45,401 nt of DNA from Phoronis australis. Lineage: Eukaryota; Animalia; Phoronida. The stretch's first letter is position 1; every line of letters starts with the position of its first letter. The stretch is from contig NMRA01000911.1 in assembly GCA_002633005.1 (NCBI GenBank), forward strand, positions 56,345-101,745, in the 5' to 3' direction. Both the position numbers and the translations under genes were made by a program. Of this stretch, positions 33,384 to 45,245 are shown one piece after another. Below the pieces are notes generated by a model. That model was not told the origin of the DNA. It worked only from the letters and a program-made list of their open reading frames with translations, and searched no databases.

Positions 33384-35155
33384 CAGGGGACTCACACTCC
33401 ACTGGATTACCTACACTAATTTGAAAAGACTTCTCCCAGTCACACCGTTATGTGTCATAACAGAGATAATGACACCTGCTGCTGATATGCTGGCAAGCAG
33501 AATTACTCTTGTTTATCACATTGGTATAGATTCACAGTAGAACTGTGGTTTTCTGTTGAGCCCAGACCGTGCGGAGTTGCACCATATACCAACTCCGGAC
33601 GGTCTCTAACGACGATTTATCGTTATGGGGTCAAGTACAGTATCAGATAAGAGATGAGACTTGCACACAGAACATCCCAATGAGCCATTTCCTCTCCCAT
33701 GACCAAAAAAGGCTCAACTTACTGAATAACTGTCTGCAAAGAAAATTGAATGTAGTGAAGACCCTCCCAAGATGGCCACTTTTCAGGTTCAGGATGCACA
33801 AAGACCAACCGACGTGATTTACGCTTAGAAGAAAACGATTACGAAAACGCAGATATATTGCTAATAGACTGTGCATCATGCAGTTCTGACATCGCATCAA
33901 AATGTCCCTGATTCTCAGCTGATGTTTTTTACCTGACACAGATTTACTGGTACTCTTCATTGCCGATTATGACGGCTTCTTAGAAATACTTCAGTCCCCA
34001 TGGCATCTGGGATTGTGGACGGGAATCCAATACAGACAATATAAGGTGCTGTCCGGGCAAAGGCTCTTCCTGCTTCCCATGCTTTTACATGAGCAGACAA
34101 CACTGGTCCATTCTATAGGTTAAATATATATTTGAAGGCAAACACTGGATGCGCTGAGGGTGTTTATTCAAGCCAGGGTGTGGGGTCAGGCAGTCACTGC
34201 TTGACAGGAGTTCCTTGACCCATTGCAGAATGAATTTACAAGGACAAAGATGATCGGCTGAAACAATCACAACTGAGGAGCTTCCGGTGCCAGAGGCTAT
34301 CACTGAGATAGTTAGATGCCAGTGCAAAAACGATTGCTCTTCCCAAAGATGCTCTTGCCGATGAAATGACCTACCTTACACAGTTCTCTATCAGTATAGT
34401 GCAGAATGTCAGAATGGTGATGATGATGTGATTCCTGGTGACAGTGACGGCTGCAGCAATGTTCTAGCTATACCCTGATTTCAAAGTTTTGAAAGACTAT
34501 TGACACTAAAAAAACATACTTTCAAACGTAAATAAATTGTTTAAGTACTGGTTTAGTTTAAATGTCTTGAACGAAACAAGCTCCGAACACTGAAATATAC
34601 AAGAAAGTAAAATAGCGATCATATGTGTTGGATTACATGAAGAATGGATTTAGAAAATGTGGCTGCTTATAGATAGAGTTTTGATTATGTTTCTCATTTA
34701 ACAAATTGCATTTTCAGGTTTCTTGACCACAAAAATGTGGGTGCAGCCATTAAAACTAACATTCCAAGTGACCCCACAGCAGATACTGAGGAAAATGTAC
34801 TTAAGGGCGCCATTTTTAAAAATCCCAGATGGCCGTCAAGATGGCCGCCAATAGAATTAAAATTCCCAATTCCTTGACCTGAGAAATGCAGGTGTAGCCA
34901 TAAAAACCAACATTCTAAGTGACCCGTTGCGGAGATATTCGTCAGAATCCATTTTACCGGCGCCATATTTGAAAATCCAAGATGGCCGCCAAGATGGCCG
35001 CCAAAAAGGGAATAAATTATTTTCTGATTTGTCATTCCACGAGGTTTCCAAATATAAACCGTTTCTACTTTCCCCAAAAAATTTCAACAAAATTACAAAA
35101 CAAACCTGACTAGAAGTAACTTGTTTAATGTTTTGTTCTTTTTTACACTTCGTAG

Positions 35156-35197
35156 AGTGGAAGCAAAGCGAGATAAGCCATGGAAGCTGCACTGCGG
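35156..35197 (+). CDS. Candidate 42-bp phase 1-1 coding exon of a host gene (EWKQSEISHGSCTA)
   Basis: Strong acceptor gttttgttcttttttacacttcgtag|, donor G|GTAAGG, length a multiple of 3, open frame. No homology evidence. Confidence 0.4.
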
Positions 35198-35261
35198 GTA
35201 AGGCTCACATTTGTTTATACACGTACCTCTTTAATGATATAACAGATATTAGTCCGAACCA

Positions 35262-35345
35262 GTGTGTTTGTGTGTGTGTGTGTGTGTTCGCGTGTGTATG
35301 TGTGTGTGTTTGTGTGTGTGCGCGCGCGCGTCTGTGTGTCTGTAT
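35262..35345. repeat. (TG)n microsatellite with a (CG)n tract
   Basis: Directly visible. Confidence 0.95.
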
Positions 35346-37160
35346 GGGTCTGTGTGCGTATACAATGTACACGTATTAAAATTCAACAATTCGCTTAGAG
35401 TCGTAGATCTATACAGCTTAGATCCCGAATTCTTGTACCACCGGCCGGGTCTGAAACGAGAGGATCCAACCGCAATAGTATTCTGGCGATTTTGATTGCC
35501 GTCCAGCCATCATCAGACCCAATTTGGTCGGCTGCCGTTTTAGGCAAGAGCTTTGTGTTATAAGTTGTTGGCCTGCAGTCTGAATGCCGATGGGATATCG
35601 TCTCTGCACTGTATGTAGTAAATTAACCTTTTTAATGCGTCACTGATGCATGAATTCACATCAGCGAATGTGTAAAACCAATAATTCGAAGGTAGATATA
35701 GAGCAGTAACTTTACATTAGATAACGGTGAAGCCGTAAAACTTTTCCCCGCGTTCTATTTTTAACTCTTGACTGTAACGAATTTGGTGAGGCTGACTACG
35801 TTGCAATTGATGGAAATCGGGTTTCGTTTTGAAATCGCAGCTCTTTTCTTTTGTTTTCAACAAAGTCCCCGTTCACATTTCGCTTTTGTTGCTACTTTTT
35901 CTTTGTGTTTTTAAAGTTCTGACTCAACTCAAATGCTTGACGACCGTCTGCCGGAAAGTCTCACAGTAACAATATTCCAGATAGATCCTGCATCGAATAC
36001 TGCTCTGGTCAGAAGTATAAACTCAACAGGAAATATTTGTAAATGTCATGTAATTAAAACATTATGCTATTAGCCTGGCATAACTGTCTCTATGTGAAAC
36101 ACTTTGTGCTCTGCAGCTTAGCATTTGGAGGGGGAGGGGAGAGAAGGGGGAGTAGGAAAGGCTGGTAAAATGTTTTAAAATTCTATGTAATTACAAATCA
36201 GGGCTTCGTGTTTTAGAAGCCACTACTCCAGCGAATAAGGCAAACTGCACAATTTGTGGAACATACCATGTAGCGTTTCTTAAATTTATTAGAGCATAAC
36301 TATCGATTGAAGTGAACTCACTCCCAAGATATTAACATTAGTTATTTCTGTCTTCACTTTATAAAGATAATTGAATAACTTCAGTGTAAATAGGTTAACA
36401 ATTTTGCCCGAATTCGTCGCCGATAACTGTTGACACGGAAACTGAACTAAATCTCAGGGACTTAAAACTACAAAAGTTAGTTGTCTGATACATTGCTTTC
36501 CTGTTTAGATACAAGAATGCCAAAAGCAAATCAGAACGATTTTCATGTACTGCACTGCACGCGATCTCCGCCGCGCATCTCTCCGTGCGCATTGTCATGG
36601 GGTAGAAATCAACTGGCTGCAACGCATTAGGTGCAATATAAAACGGCTGCAACTGCCTTCCACCACAAAAATCGACTTCTGTTTTAGACCACTTATCGCT
36701 TAATACTGAGTTTAGTATAATTTTGCCGTCTCTAAATATATAAGCAACTGTATGGGTGTTCTAGGCTGTGTTTTCTCGTTTATTGTCAGTCATTATTTTA
36801 AAAAAATGATAGAAAACAAATTTTATGTACATGTATACCAGGAAAGTTACGAAACGGACTGTGAAGCAGGTGCTCTTACTTCATAATCGTATTGCAGAAT
36901 TATCAAAACCATAGATATCATTAGAAAGTTCCAGACTTCCTCTCATCCTACGTTAAGGATGTTTTACATACATTTATTGGGGCCAAATAAAACAACAAGA
37001 ATGATATATATTTTAGGTTGTATTGGGAATTTTAAGGTCACAGCTCTACAAATGAATATTTCACAGAAGGAACCAGGTGGATTTCTTAATTACAAGAGAT
37101 AACACACACATTTACAATGTGTAATTGAGTATAGGATACTAAATGGAACAGGTTAACATA

Positions 37161-37389
37161 GTACCAAATGGGTACATATTACCAAATGGGCATTGGTCGA
37201 TTGCCTACCAAGTGGGTCGAGCAAAACGGCAAATTCAATATAAAGTACCAAGTGGGTACACAAACAGCCAACTGCGCTATAACAACTTGCAAAGCAGGTT
37301 CCAGACAAGCTGAGTGAGCAGACCAGCCGGAGTGATAAAAAGATATTGTAAGGAACGTGGTGTTGTGGCTCAGTATGTGCCAAATGGGC
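37161..37389. repeat. Five dispersed copies of T(A/G)CCAARTGGG
   Basis: Occurrences near 37162, 37180, 37206, 37246 and 37378. Confidence 0.75.
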
Positions 37390-38669
37390 AGGTTTGTTTA
37401 TGGATGAACAACTCAGTTCACCGCCTTTTAACTGGGTTTTGTCTGAAAAAAAGCGCCCTAATAGCAAGTAGATAGTTTGGCTCCGGACGTTCTTAGATCA
37501 TTGAGAAGGTCTTTCTAATTGTTTTAAGTTGATGTTATATACACTTTTCTTGGAATACACGAGGTACATTGGTTCTATCTCATATGAGTTTACGTCTGGC
37601 GACCGTGCCGGTAAACATCTTCCCAATTTCATCATGATAAAAAATACTTAAAACATACTAAAAATACACAGAATGAAAACCTTTGAGGCCCACATCATTA
37701 AATTTGAATCTTCATCAATTAATTCCCCCCAAGACACAGGTTCCAATTGAATTTTGTTTCATACAAGAAAGGTTGTTCCCCAGAGTAATTTCTCAACCTA
37801 GAAGCATTGACATTTGACCTTTTTAATTGAATAGTGTTAAAGTAAACCTTAGTGTGTGTAGTTTGATCCATTGCTGATAAGGTGGGGATTTGGGTATTAT
37901 ATCTGCACCTTTAATGACCTATAGTGACCTAAGTACCGCACAATAGTCATGTGAGTATATGAACTTTTATACGTATTGTGTGATCAGGGTCACGGTGCCC
38001 GTGGGACAATGACGGCATGCACTGATGGCAGAGAACTCAAAAGACTGACGTTGAAGCTGGACAGAGCCAATTATTTCGTGTAACTTGTGAAATAGAGGAT
38101 CTGTTACTTATTTAAACCAATATACAATTGTGCATTCGAAAGTTGTCTTGAATACGACTTCATTTTGTATACTTACGATTTTAATTCCACGTCAGTCAAA
38201 ATCGTTGTTCTGTTTGTATTTCTGGGTTTCCCGAAAGAGAGCAACATGTTTCTGAAGCACACTCCGAAGGTAGTAGAATTTATATTGTTTTATAAATCTT
38301 GCAATATCTATGCCATGGACGTTGAGACTCATCAGTGTTAACAGTCATCTGGAGTGGCTTTGTAAAAAAAGCTATCTGTTAAATGCTGATTTTGCCAGAC
38401 GGAAACAAGGTGGTGGCGCCCATCCCTATCAACAGTCTTTGCAAACATAGATACTCGTTGAGGGGTGCGGGACAATGTCAACGAGCCAATACAGGTATGC
38501 AGCAATGACATCTGTTGTTAAAAATCATGATTCGATTTTTGGAGTGTGGGGATTCCTAGACGATCTTTTACAAAGAGGATCCGAAAGACAAAAGCGCTCG
38601 ACTACCAAAATTCGATCAGCTGGACGTTAAGATTTATTTGTGCAATGGAATGTGGAGATGAAACTGGAC

Positions 38670-39405
38670 AAAAAGAGTTTTTTAATGTTTATTATGAAAT
38701 AGTCAGTACAACAAACAAAGTGCCAACAGGCATATACAAAGAAATTTAAAAATTATGCACAAATACATAATAAAATGTTTAAGATTACAATGACATGGTA
38801 ATGAATATAATTAAATCACTTTCATACACAATAAGTAATATCACATGTATACAAATTTGTCTACTCACACAAAGAGTTTACTCACACGGACTCACACAGA
38901 TATTTAATATTAAAAAGGAATTTCGAAACTATTTCAAATAAAACCTTATTTTCTTTTAAGTCGAGCTCTAATTTACATCGACTAAAAAATATGAGGAAAA
39001 TCTGAATATTTTTTGTAAACATTGGCATATTGTTCAAGTGTATGGAAAAGTGGCGCCCTCTGCTCCCCACATGTCGCACAGGCACGCAAAGAAAATATGA
39101 GCATTTGTCGGAGTGTCTCCACAGAAAAAGAGTGGGTGAAGTATTTCAAAAAACACTGGGGGTAATTTCCATGGCTTTGTAGATGTCAGTCAGCTACACG
39201 GCTGTCAAAGAGCACTTATTGACATTTATGAACTCGGTGGTGGTGAGTCGAAATACATGCAATTATTATTTGGCAGTGTTAAAACTCATATCGAAGATTT
39301 CGTCACAACTAGACATTTGTAGTTATTAACACTATCCACTTAACTCAGTACTCAAAGTCAGTATCCACTTTCTCTCCTGTTCGTCGACAGGATTCTTAGC
39401 ATAAG
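38670..39405 (-). mobile_element. Very decayed CR1/L2-type LINE 3' end
   Basis: TSTKPWKLP (PSTxxxWNxLP-like), ATCGE..HF..QY, LELDLKENKVLFEIVSKFLFNIK, followed by an A/T-rich 3' UTR with AATAAA and an A-run on the minus strand. Confidence 0.5.
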
Positions 39406-39424
39406 AGTAAAATAACACTGTAAA

Positions 39425-39760
39425 GACACACACAGTGCTGTTCTCAATCATTCCTTGACAACTGGTCACACTATAGATTACTCTGGTGTTCAGATCCTAG
39501 ACAAGGATAATGCCACCCTCAGGCTCCTCATAAAGGAGGCTATGAATATACGATTGAATCATGCTGAGCGTTTCCTCAATAAAAACATTGGTTCGTTTGA
39601 GCTTCAACTGTTTTGATTCCTGGTCTCTCCCCCTCACAGTGCACTTTGACGTGTACCTGTACAGTTTCTTCTCTACCTGTGTCGCTTGTTTTGAGTTTGT
39701 GAACTGTTTCCTTGAGAATGGTTTAGAGTAATAAACCGAAACGTTGGATAGATATGTCGT
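39425..39760 (+). mobile_element. Penelope-like element 3' end (GIY-YIG C-terminus plus pseudo-LTR)
   Basis: Open frame 39434-39616: SAVLNHSLTTGHTIDYSGVQILDKDNATLRLLIKEAMNIRLNHAERFLNKNIGSFELQLF*, followed by a hammerhead motif. Confidence 0.88.
39709..39748 (+). ncRNA. Minimal hammerhead ribozyme motif, U3-A8 core variant
   Basis: tcc-TTGAGAA-t-GGTTTA-gagtaa-TAAACC-GAAA-cg-TT-gga, about 90 nt after the Penelope stop codon. Confidence 0.7.
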
Positions 39761-39949
39761 TATTTACTTGCACGCTGATTTTAAAATTCGTGTTACTTTA
39801 CACAATAGTAATGACATTACTGAACTGGTAAATGCTTTGTAAGAGCCTCAACTTAATGCATATACATGTAGCATTCACCATATTCCGTTGAACAACTTGG
39901 TCACTACGCACTACTGTTCTCAGTATACGATATATAGATTTCAATGCCA

Positions 39950-40621
39950 ATCTTGGGCATTACATAACACCCCCGAAGTTGTGCGATTCGAAATAGTTTT
40001 GTAGGCCATCTTGGAAAATGGCGGATGGTGTCACCACAGCCATGCAAAACCATTTCCAATGGATTAGTTGACCCACAAAAGATAGGTAAACCTTTTTGAA
40101 TTTTCACTCTATAACATTCCACTCTCGAGTTATAATGATCATCTTCAAATCTGGCGGCCATTTTGTCTGCCATCTTGGAAATGGTGAGAGTAATCATTAG
40201 TGCCAAATGCAATGAGTCTCAATGGATTAGTCGACCCAGAAAACCTATGATACAATGTTTGAAGCAAGACGACACACTAATCTGGTCGTGCGAAGTTCTG
40301 CGACACCAAGTAGATTAGGCGGCCATCTCGGAAAATGGCGAACGGTGTCACCACAGCCATGCAAAGCCATTTCCAAAGGATTTGTTGAAACACAAACCAT
40401 AGGTAAACCTTTTTAAAATTTTACTTTATCACAATCCGCTCTTGAGTTATAGTGAGCATCAGAAAATCTGACGGACATTATGTCAGCCATCTCGAAAACC
40501 AACTTCCGCCAGTCCGATTCCGGTAGACTTTTTCCCCTAAGGGGTGTGAGAGGATATGATTGATGCAATAAAAACCTTCTTTTTTCATTTTTTCCGGGTT
40601 ATCCGTAGAATGACTGGACTA
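39950..40621. mobile_element. One end of a second Academ-family element
   Basis: Terminus GAATGACTGGACTA (TAGTCCAGTC on minus). GGCCATCTTGGAAAATGGCG units; about 177-bp direct repeat at 40004 and 40321. Confidence 0.75.
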
Positions 40622-41029
40622 AAATCCGCAGCTAAAGGATACCTAGTAGCCATATCCATAATAGTTAAAATCCACCAGTGACCCCTACTAGACACCGGCG
40701 ACAACGGACCAATCAAATCCACGGCAACTCTATAAAACGGAGTACTTGTGACAGGCATTTTATCTAACGGAGCCTTGGGAATCTTGCCTTTTGGAATAGT
40801 TCGCTGATAAACATCGCAAGACTTACAAAAACCTCACTATGTCATCATGTACATGTTAAGCCAAAAGAAATCAGAAAGAATTCTATCAGTCGTTTTTATA
40901 ATACTCAAATGACCTGCAAAAAAGGACTCAACCAACTGCTCACATGCATCGATGGCTTCATCAGATTGCTCCACAACTTTCTATATCAAACTGTCCTTGA
41001 CTAAATACCTTACACAATTACCCGATTTC

Positions 41030-41560
41030 AATTAAAATTGTTTCTTACCTTCCTTAACCCAGGGTCTAACGTGCTGCAACGTAGAATCCTGTTGTTGCTC
41101 TCTTCTGAAATCTGCGCTACCCGAACTAGGCAAATACGAACTCTTAAGTTTCCTTACCGGCTTTACAGCCTCTGCTGCTTGTACCTTAGTGTTAACCGCC
41201 TGAGCAACGTAGGACTCGCCATCCGTAGACGCCACCGACTGATCTCCTAACACGTGGCTGGTATTTCTGGCACTCACCTCTGCAACATCTGCAACATTCA
41301 CCTGGACATTCTTGCACGTGCCACTGGTCTCGGCATACATTCAGCTGCCCCGGGTACATTGCCAACATTCAAATCAAAAACAGGGTTATTTAGACAAATG
41401 GCTTCCACATAATTCACCTTGGTAAACTGCTGAATGGACTTGTATGTCGGCCATAGGAGCTTTAAGAGTAGACTTGTCAATCATGATACACACACACCCC
41501 ATTTACCATTCAAATTAGGCTTCACATCCCTCTTAGCGTCTGGTTTCACCGTCGACGTAG
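41030..41560 (-). mobile_element. Ty3/Gypsy fragment: protease C-terminal region and linker
   Basis: MIDKSTLKAPMADIQVHS..YVEAICLNNPVFDLNVGNVPGA..AQAVNTKVQA..FRREQQQDSTLQHVR. Confidence 0.75.
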
Positions 41561-41779
41561 AGGAATGTCATACCACCACTACCTGCATTCTTACTATTAG
41601 TGCCCCTATTCAATCGTATAATTTCATATTTTAGTGGGAAATACTAGTGTCCTTAAAATTAATTAAAAGCATTTAAGCAAACCAATTCTTTTAATTGTTG
41701 TATTATACCACGGCATATTATTGCGTAGAAACGGCGCACAACTAGTGACTGGTTTAACATGACAAATACACATACGCAG

Positions 41780-42790
41780 TCTGAAAATAGTGAAATTCAG
41801 ACACCTATTACCAAGCCTGCCTGAAGGGCTGGCAAAGTTTTTGTTGTATTACTTTCAAGGGCGTGGAGTCTTCTACATGTCCATTTTATTATTTTTAGTT
41901 TTCTCGCGGGGACCGCTTCGCTATAAGGGTACAACTTACTGCTGTTTTTCACAAGAAGGAAATGTACCTCCACGGAAACAGTTCCAGTGTTACCATGGTA
42001 ACCAAAATTTCAGTGTCAGTGCCGTTTTTACTGACATTGGTCATGAACCTGTCCTGTGATATCAAAATTGTTCGGAAACGATTCTGTTTGAAGCAGAAAC
42101 TGGAGAAGAAAATTTGGTCAAAATGGTTCATTCATCATCAAGAAATTGCCTAATTTTGCCCCCCAAAACACTTCCCTTGTATCTCCTATACCACCAAACT
42201 TTGTGGTGTCATACTTCACCCAATTTCTCTCATCTGTAATGTGATTTATCTGACTAAACATGGATCTGAATGGCTAACCCCCACCTTGCCGCTTGTTGGC
42301 TGTACAGAGGTCGGTGGATTCGTGGACTGATACTTAATAAACATATACTTACCAAATTTTCAATAATACATTTTGAGTAAATGAGCTTTGTGTTGATATA
42401 AAATTTATCCAAGTTTATTACTGATAAAGGGTTGAAAAAGCAGTTTTACTTTTTGTTTTCCAGAAACAGAGACGTTTGTTTGCAAATAATCCGTTTACAT
42501 TTCTAGAAAACATGCCAGGAAAGTTTTCTGTGTGGCATATCTTTAATGTAATCCAGATCACTGAAACCTGTATCTAAATCTGACCACTCAGTGCCATCAG
42601 TATCCACACTATCATATCCATAATCACTGAAGTCTATATCTAACTGTGACCAGTGTCATCAGTATCCACACTATCCTCCATAATAAAAACTTCAAGAACT
42701 GTGAGAGCAACAGAGATGATATCCCTGTAATATACTAAGGCAGTACTTTAAGTGAACACAGTGCTAGTGACAGAGTAGAATGTTCCCAGT
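41780..42790 (-). mobile_element. Probable internally deleted piggyBac transposase remnant
   Basis: Acidic N-terminus (DTDGTEWSDLDTGFSDLDY, locally duplicated at 42558-42675), ERNWVK..EVFWG, FKQNRFRTIL, and a decayed HFP/Cys-rich tail. No TTAA-CCC termini found. Confidence 0.45.
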
Positions 42791-43363
42791 AACTGGAGAT
42801 TTTGTTATTGTAATCTGGTCAGTTTTAACAAAATAAACAGGGGCACCCTAGCAGATGATTAAGTGGTGACAGCAGTGTTATGTAATTATACCAATTCGAC
42901 TCATGTTCACAGCAATTAGCTCCAATCTAGTCTTCAAATCAAACAAACATACATGTACTATATTTCTTGGAAGAACATCACTATCTGTCAAAAGTTACAA
43001 CAACCACTACAAAGTTATCATGCTCCCTGGTTTTTCCTTGAATTGATAATTAGCTTGTGAAGAAATGGTTCTAAAGTCCAGAAATAACAGCTAACAGGCA
43101 TTAACTTCACAAACAATAAGTTAATACAGACTCATTGGATAGAAAACTGGGAATACCCTGAATATATTTAAACTTAAACCAATTCATTGCTGCATTCTAT
43201 CCCTCCTGAAGGCATGATCCGCCTGTGAGATACATTGTTTAGATAACGCCTCCAGACAACATCAGGCCCTGAGTAAAAACAAACGGTCACGCCATATGGC
43301 GGGATCATGCAGGAACGAGTTTTAATGATGTTTAGCCTTTCATTTTAACGTGTCCCATTTCAG

Positions 43364-43527
43364 ACGGTACCGTCCCTCGGTGGAACAGTTCGGCAGAAAT
43401 GTCCCTTTGTCCCTCTATATATGTAAATCCGACACTGCCGATGGAAGATGAGATTCCAAATTCACCAAAAAAACACAGAACATTCGTGCCCAGCACAGCC
43501 ATTCGACCCAAGCAACCAAAAATGTGA
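43364..43527 (+). CDS. Candidate phase-1 terminal coding exon (DGTVPRWNSSAEMSLCPSIYVNPTLPMEDEIPNSPKKHRTFVPSTAIRPKQPKM*)
   Basis: Branch-like ttttaac plus acceptor cccatttcag|, then an open frame of 54 codons including the stop. No homology evidence. Confidence 0.35.
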
Positions 43528-44570
43528 AAAAATACAGTAGGATTGTCGTCATTTAAAGGGTGGAATTTTGAAGAACGTGAAGCCACTATTCGTGAATTAC
43601 ACAAAAGAACTATTTCCTATGCTTAATTATAAAATAATGTTACTTTTTCCCGTAGTATCACAAGAATAGTATCTCTTTTGAAGATGGTTACTATGAGTTG
43701 TAAGGAATTAAAACATGTAGAAAACACTATTGTCTAGGCTACTATTTGTGATGGCCGTGTACATTACAAAAGGGCGTATTCAAAGAACTCTCGCAATCAT
43801 AAACAAAGATTTGAGCGGTGTTTTCGTCAGTGGAGTTCAAGTTTACCTCGTGAACCGTTATAGGTACCTGTGAAATGAGCAAAAATACACCTTAATACGA
43901 ATGCCCCATCTCCCATATTCCCCCCGGAAAATGCTTATAACATTCCGTTTTGATAAACAAATTCGTTGGTTTCTGATTTACTTGCTTATGTATCTTCGAA
44001 AATCGATATATTCATAGATGATTTTTGACAATTAGAAGCTAGTCTTGTAAGAATTGGTGATGCTTCAGTGACTGTAATTGGAGCCTGAATTTGGAAAAGC
44101 TCTGTAATCAATCCCCAAATTGTAAAATACACTTATAGACGATTTTTGCATAACTCTCAAAGATACTGATGAAATTTGGACTCACAAACCGTAGAAAGAA
44201 AAATCGTTTTAACAATCCTTAAATATATAAAATTAAATTCATTGCTTGGAAAGGTTGTCTTTGCACTTCCTTGGTGTTTTTAGTTTCCAGTAGTTTCGAG
44301 CAAACTGGATCAAAAAAACTAATCTTGACCATAAAGTGAGCAAAACGGCCGGTACGACCTGCCTGTCTCGAGTGCATCGCAGCTGAACTGACCTACAAGT
44401 AACTTTAGTTCATCGGTAGTTTCGTATTTGTCACACCGTTAGATCTGTTATCGCTATTTGAGATATCTCCTCGCTACAGGTCAGTGTACTGGTCCTACTA
44501 GGCCCATTATTACTCTCTGTGTTGGTTCACGGTTACTCAACTCTGGATGGCTTCATCCAAAGGATTGTAA

Positions 44571-44682
44571 CAAGGGCGGATCTAGGATTTTGAGTTGTGG
44601 GAGGAAGGGCAGAGTATTAGCACCCCGAACTGCCAAATTTTAGGGGGTCATGACCCCTTGACCACCTCTATATCCGCCACTG
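44571..44682. mobile_element. hAT-type MITE (CA..GGCGGATC termini)
   Basis: caagggcggatctag ... ctatatccgccactg. Confidence 0.65.
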
Positions 44683-44689
44683 TGACCCC

Positions 44690-45245
44690 ACCAATCACGG
44701 ACGTAGAAGATTCGGTACAAATATGGTGGCATCGGGAGCACGGGGGCGAGGGGGGGTGGCAGAGGTGGTGGCGATGGGCGGGCCTGTTTGGCGAAGTCGA
44801 AATGGTTTGTGCCCCCCTAATATTTTTGCCTTCCTACGGGCCTGCTTCTCTGTTCCTTAGCGATAAACTGACGAATAGACCCATAAGACGCCTCAACTCC
44901 AGCTAACTCTGTCCTACGACCAAAATAATCGCATAACCTTGCCATGCAATGCAATGCATTTTCACCGCGTTCCTTTTTGTCACTATGAAAAGTACGTCTG
45001 TACCCTTCCTCATTCATCTGGAAACGCTTCAGAAATGCAGCTTTCAAAAATTTTGTTGTAGTCGTTTACATCACTTAAGTCGGCATCCGGTGATAAACGT
45101 CTAAAGCCTTACCGCTAACTATAAATTACCAAGATGCATCGCATGGACTTCATGACGCCACTTATTACTACTGGCATACCTCTCAAACCTACCCAAAGAA
45201 GCGCCCATATTATATCTACTATCGTCAAAATAAGGTAACCTCGGT
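44690..45245 (-). mobile_element. Ty3/Gypsy gag fragment
   Basis: PRLPYFDDSRYNMGASLGRFERYASSNKW..GKALDVYHRM..DY..LKAAFLKRFQMNEEGYRRTF..GE..RLCDYFGRRTELAGVEASY..EQ, then a decayed CxxC knuckle. Confidence 0.85.

Larger units (their letters stand above)
31325..34435 (+). pseudogene. C-terminal half of Academ transposase (PIN/XPG nuclease, H3TH, Cys-rich finger), interrupted
   Basis: YEFTPTPRAIFAASGAMLPCTDKS, VDSMEV, DEI/FLVFDT..LKHATRE, VQYQIRDET..MSHFLSH, YENADILL, PDTDLLVL, KALPASHAFT*ADNTG, QARVWGQA, LPVPEAITEIVRCQCKNDCSSQRCSC..CQN. Confidence 0.85.
30640..35112 (+). mobile_element. Academ DNA transposon (XPG-type), internally deleted, with about 430-bp TIRs and nested insertions
   Basis: Termini TAGTCAGGTT...AACCTGACTA. 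TIRs at about 30640-31070 and 34675-35112 carry GGCGGCCATCTTG..AAAATGGCG units. Flanks are GTA and GAA, a possible degenerate 3-bp TSD. Confidence 0.88.

Noticed and set aside
34694-35192. ORFs with GGHLGGHLG / WRPSWRPSW repeats
   Set aside because: Translations of the non-coding GGCGGCCATCTT units in the Academ TIRs; the same applies at 30582-31060 and 39904-40212.
35128-35495. Cys/Val-rich ORFs
   Set aside because: Translation of the (TG)n microsatellite.
37600-37960. TGACCT-rich segment resembling Helentron/HINE repeats
   Set aside because: Only a few motif copies and no definable ends; support too weak to call.
43553-44222. Kolobok-like element between TTAA-AGG and CC-TTAA
   Set aside because: The two ends show no inverted similarity beyond two bases.
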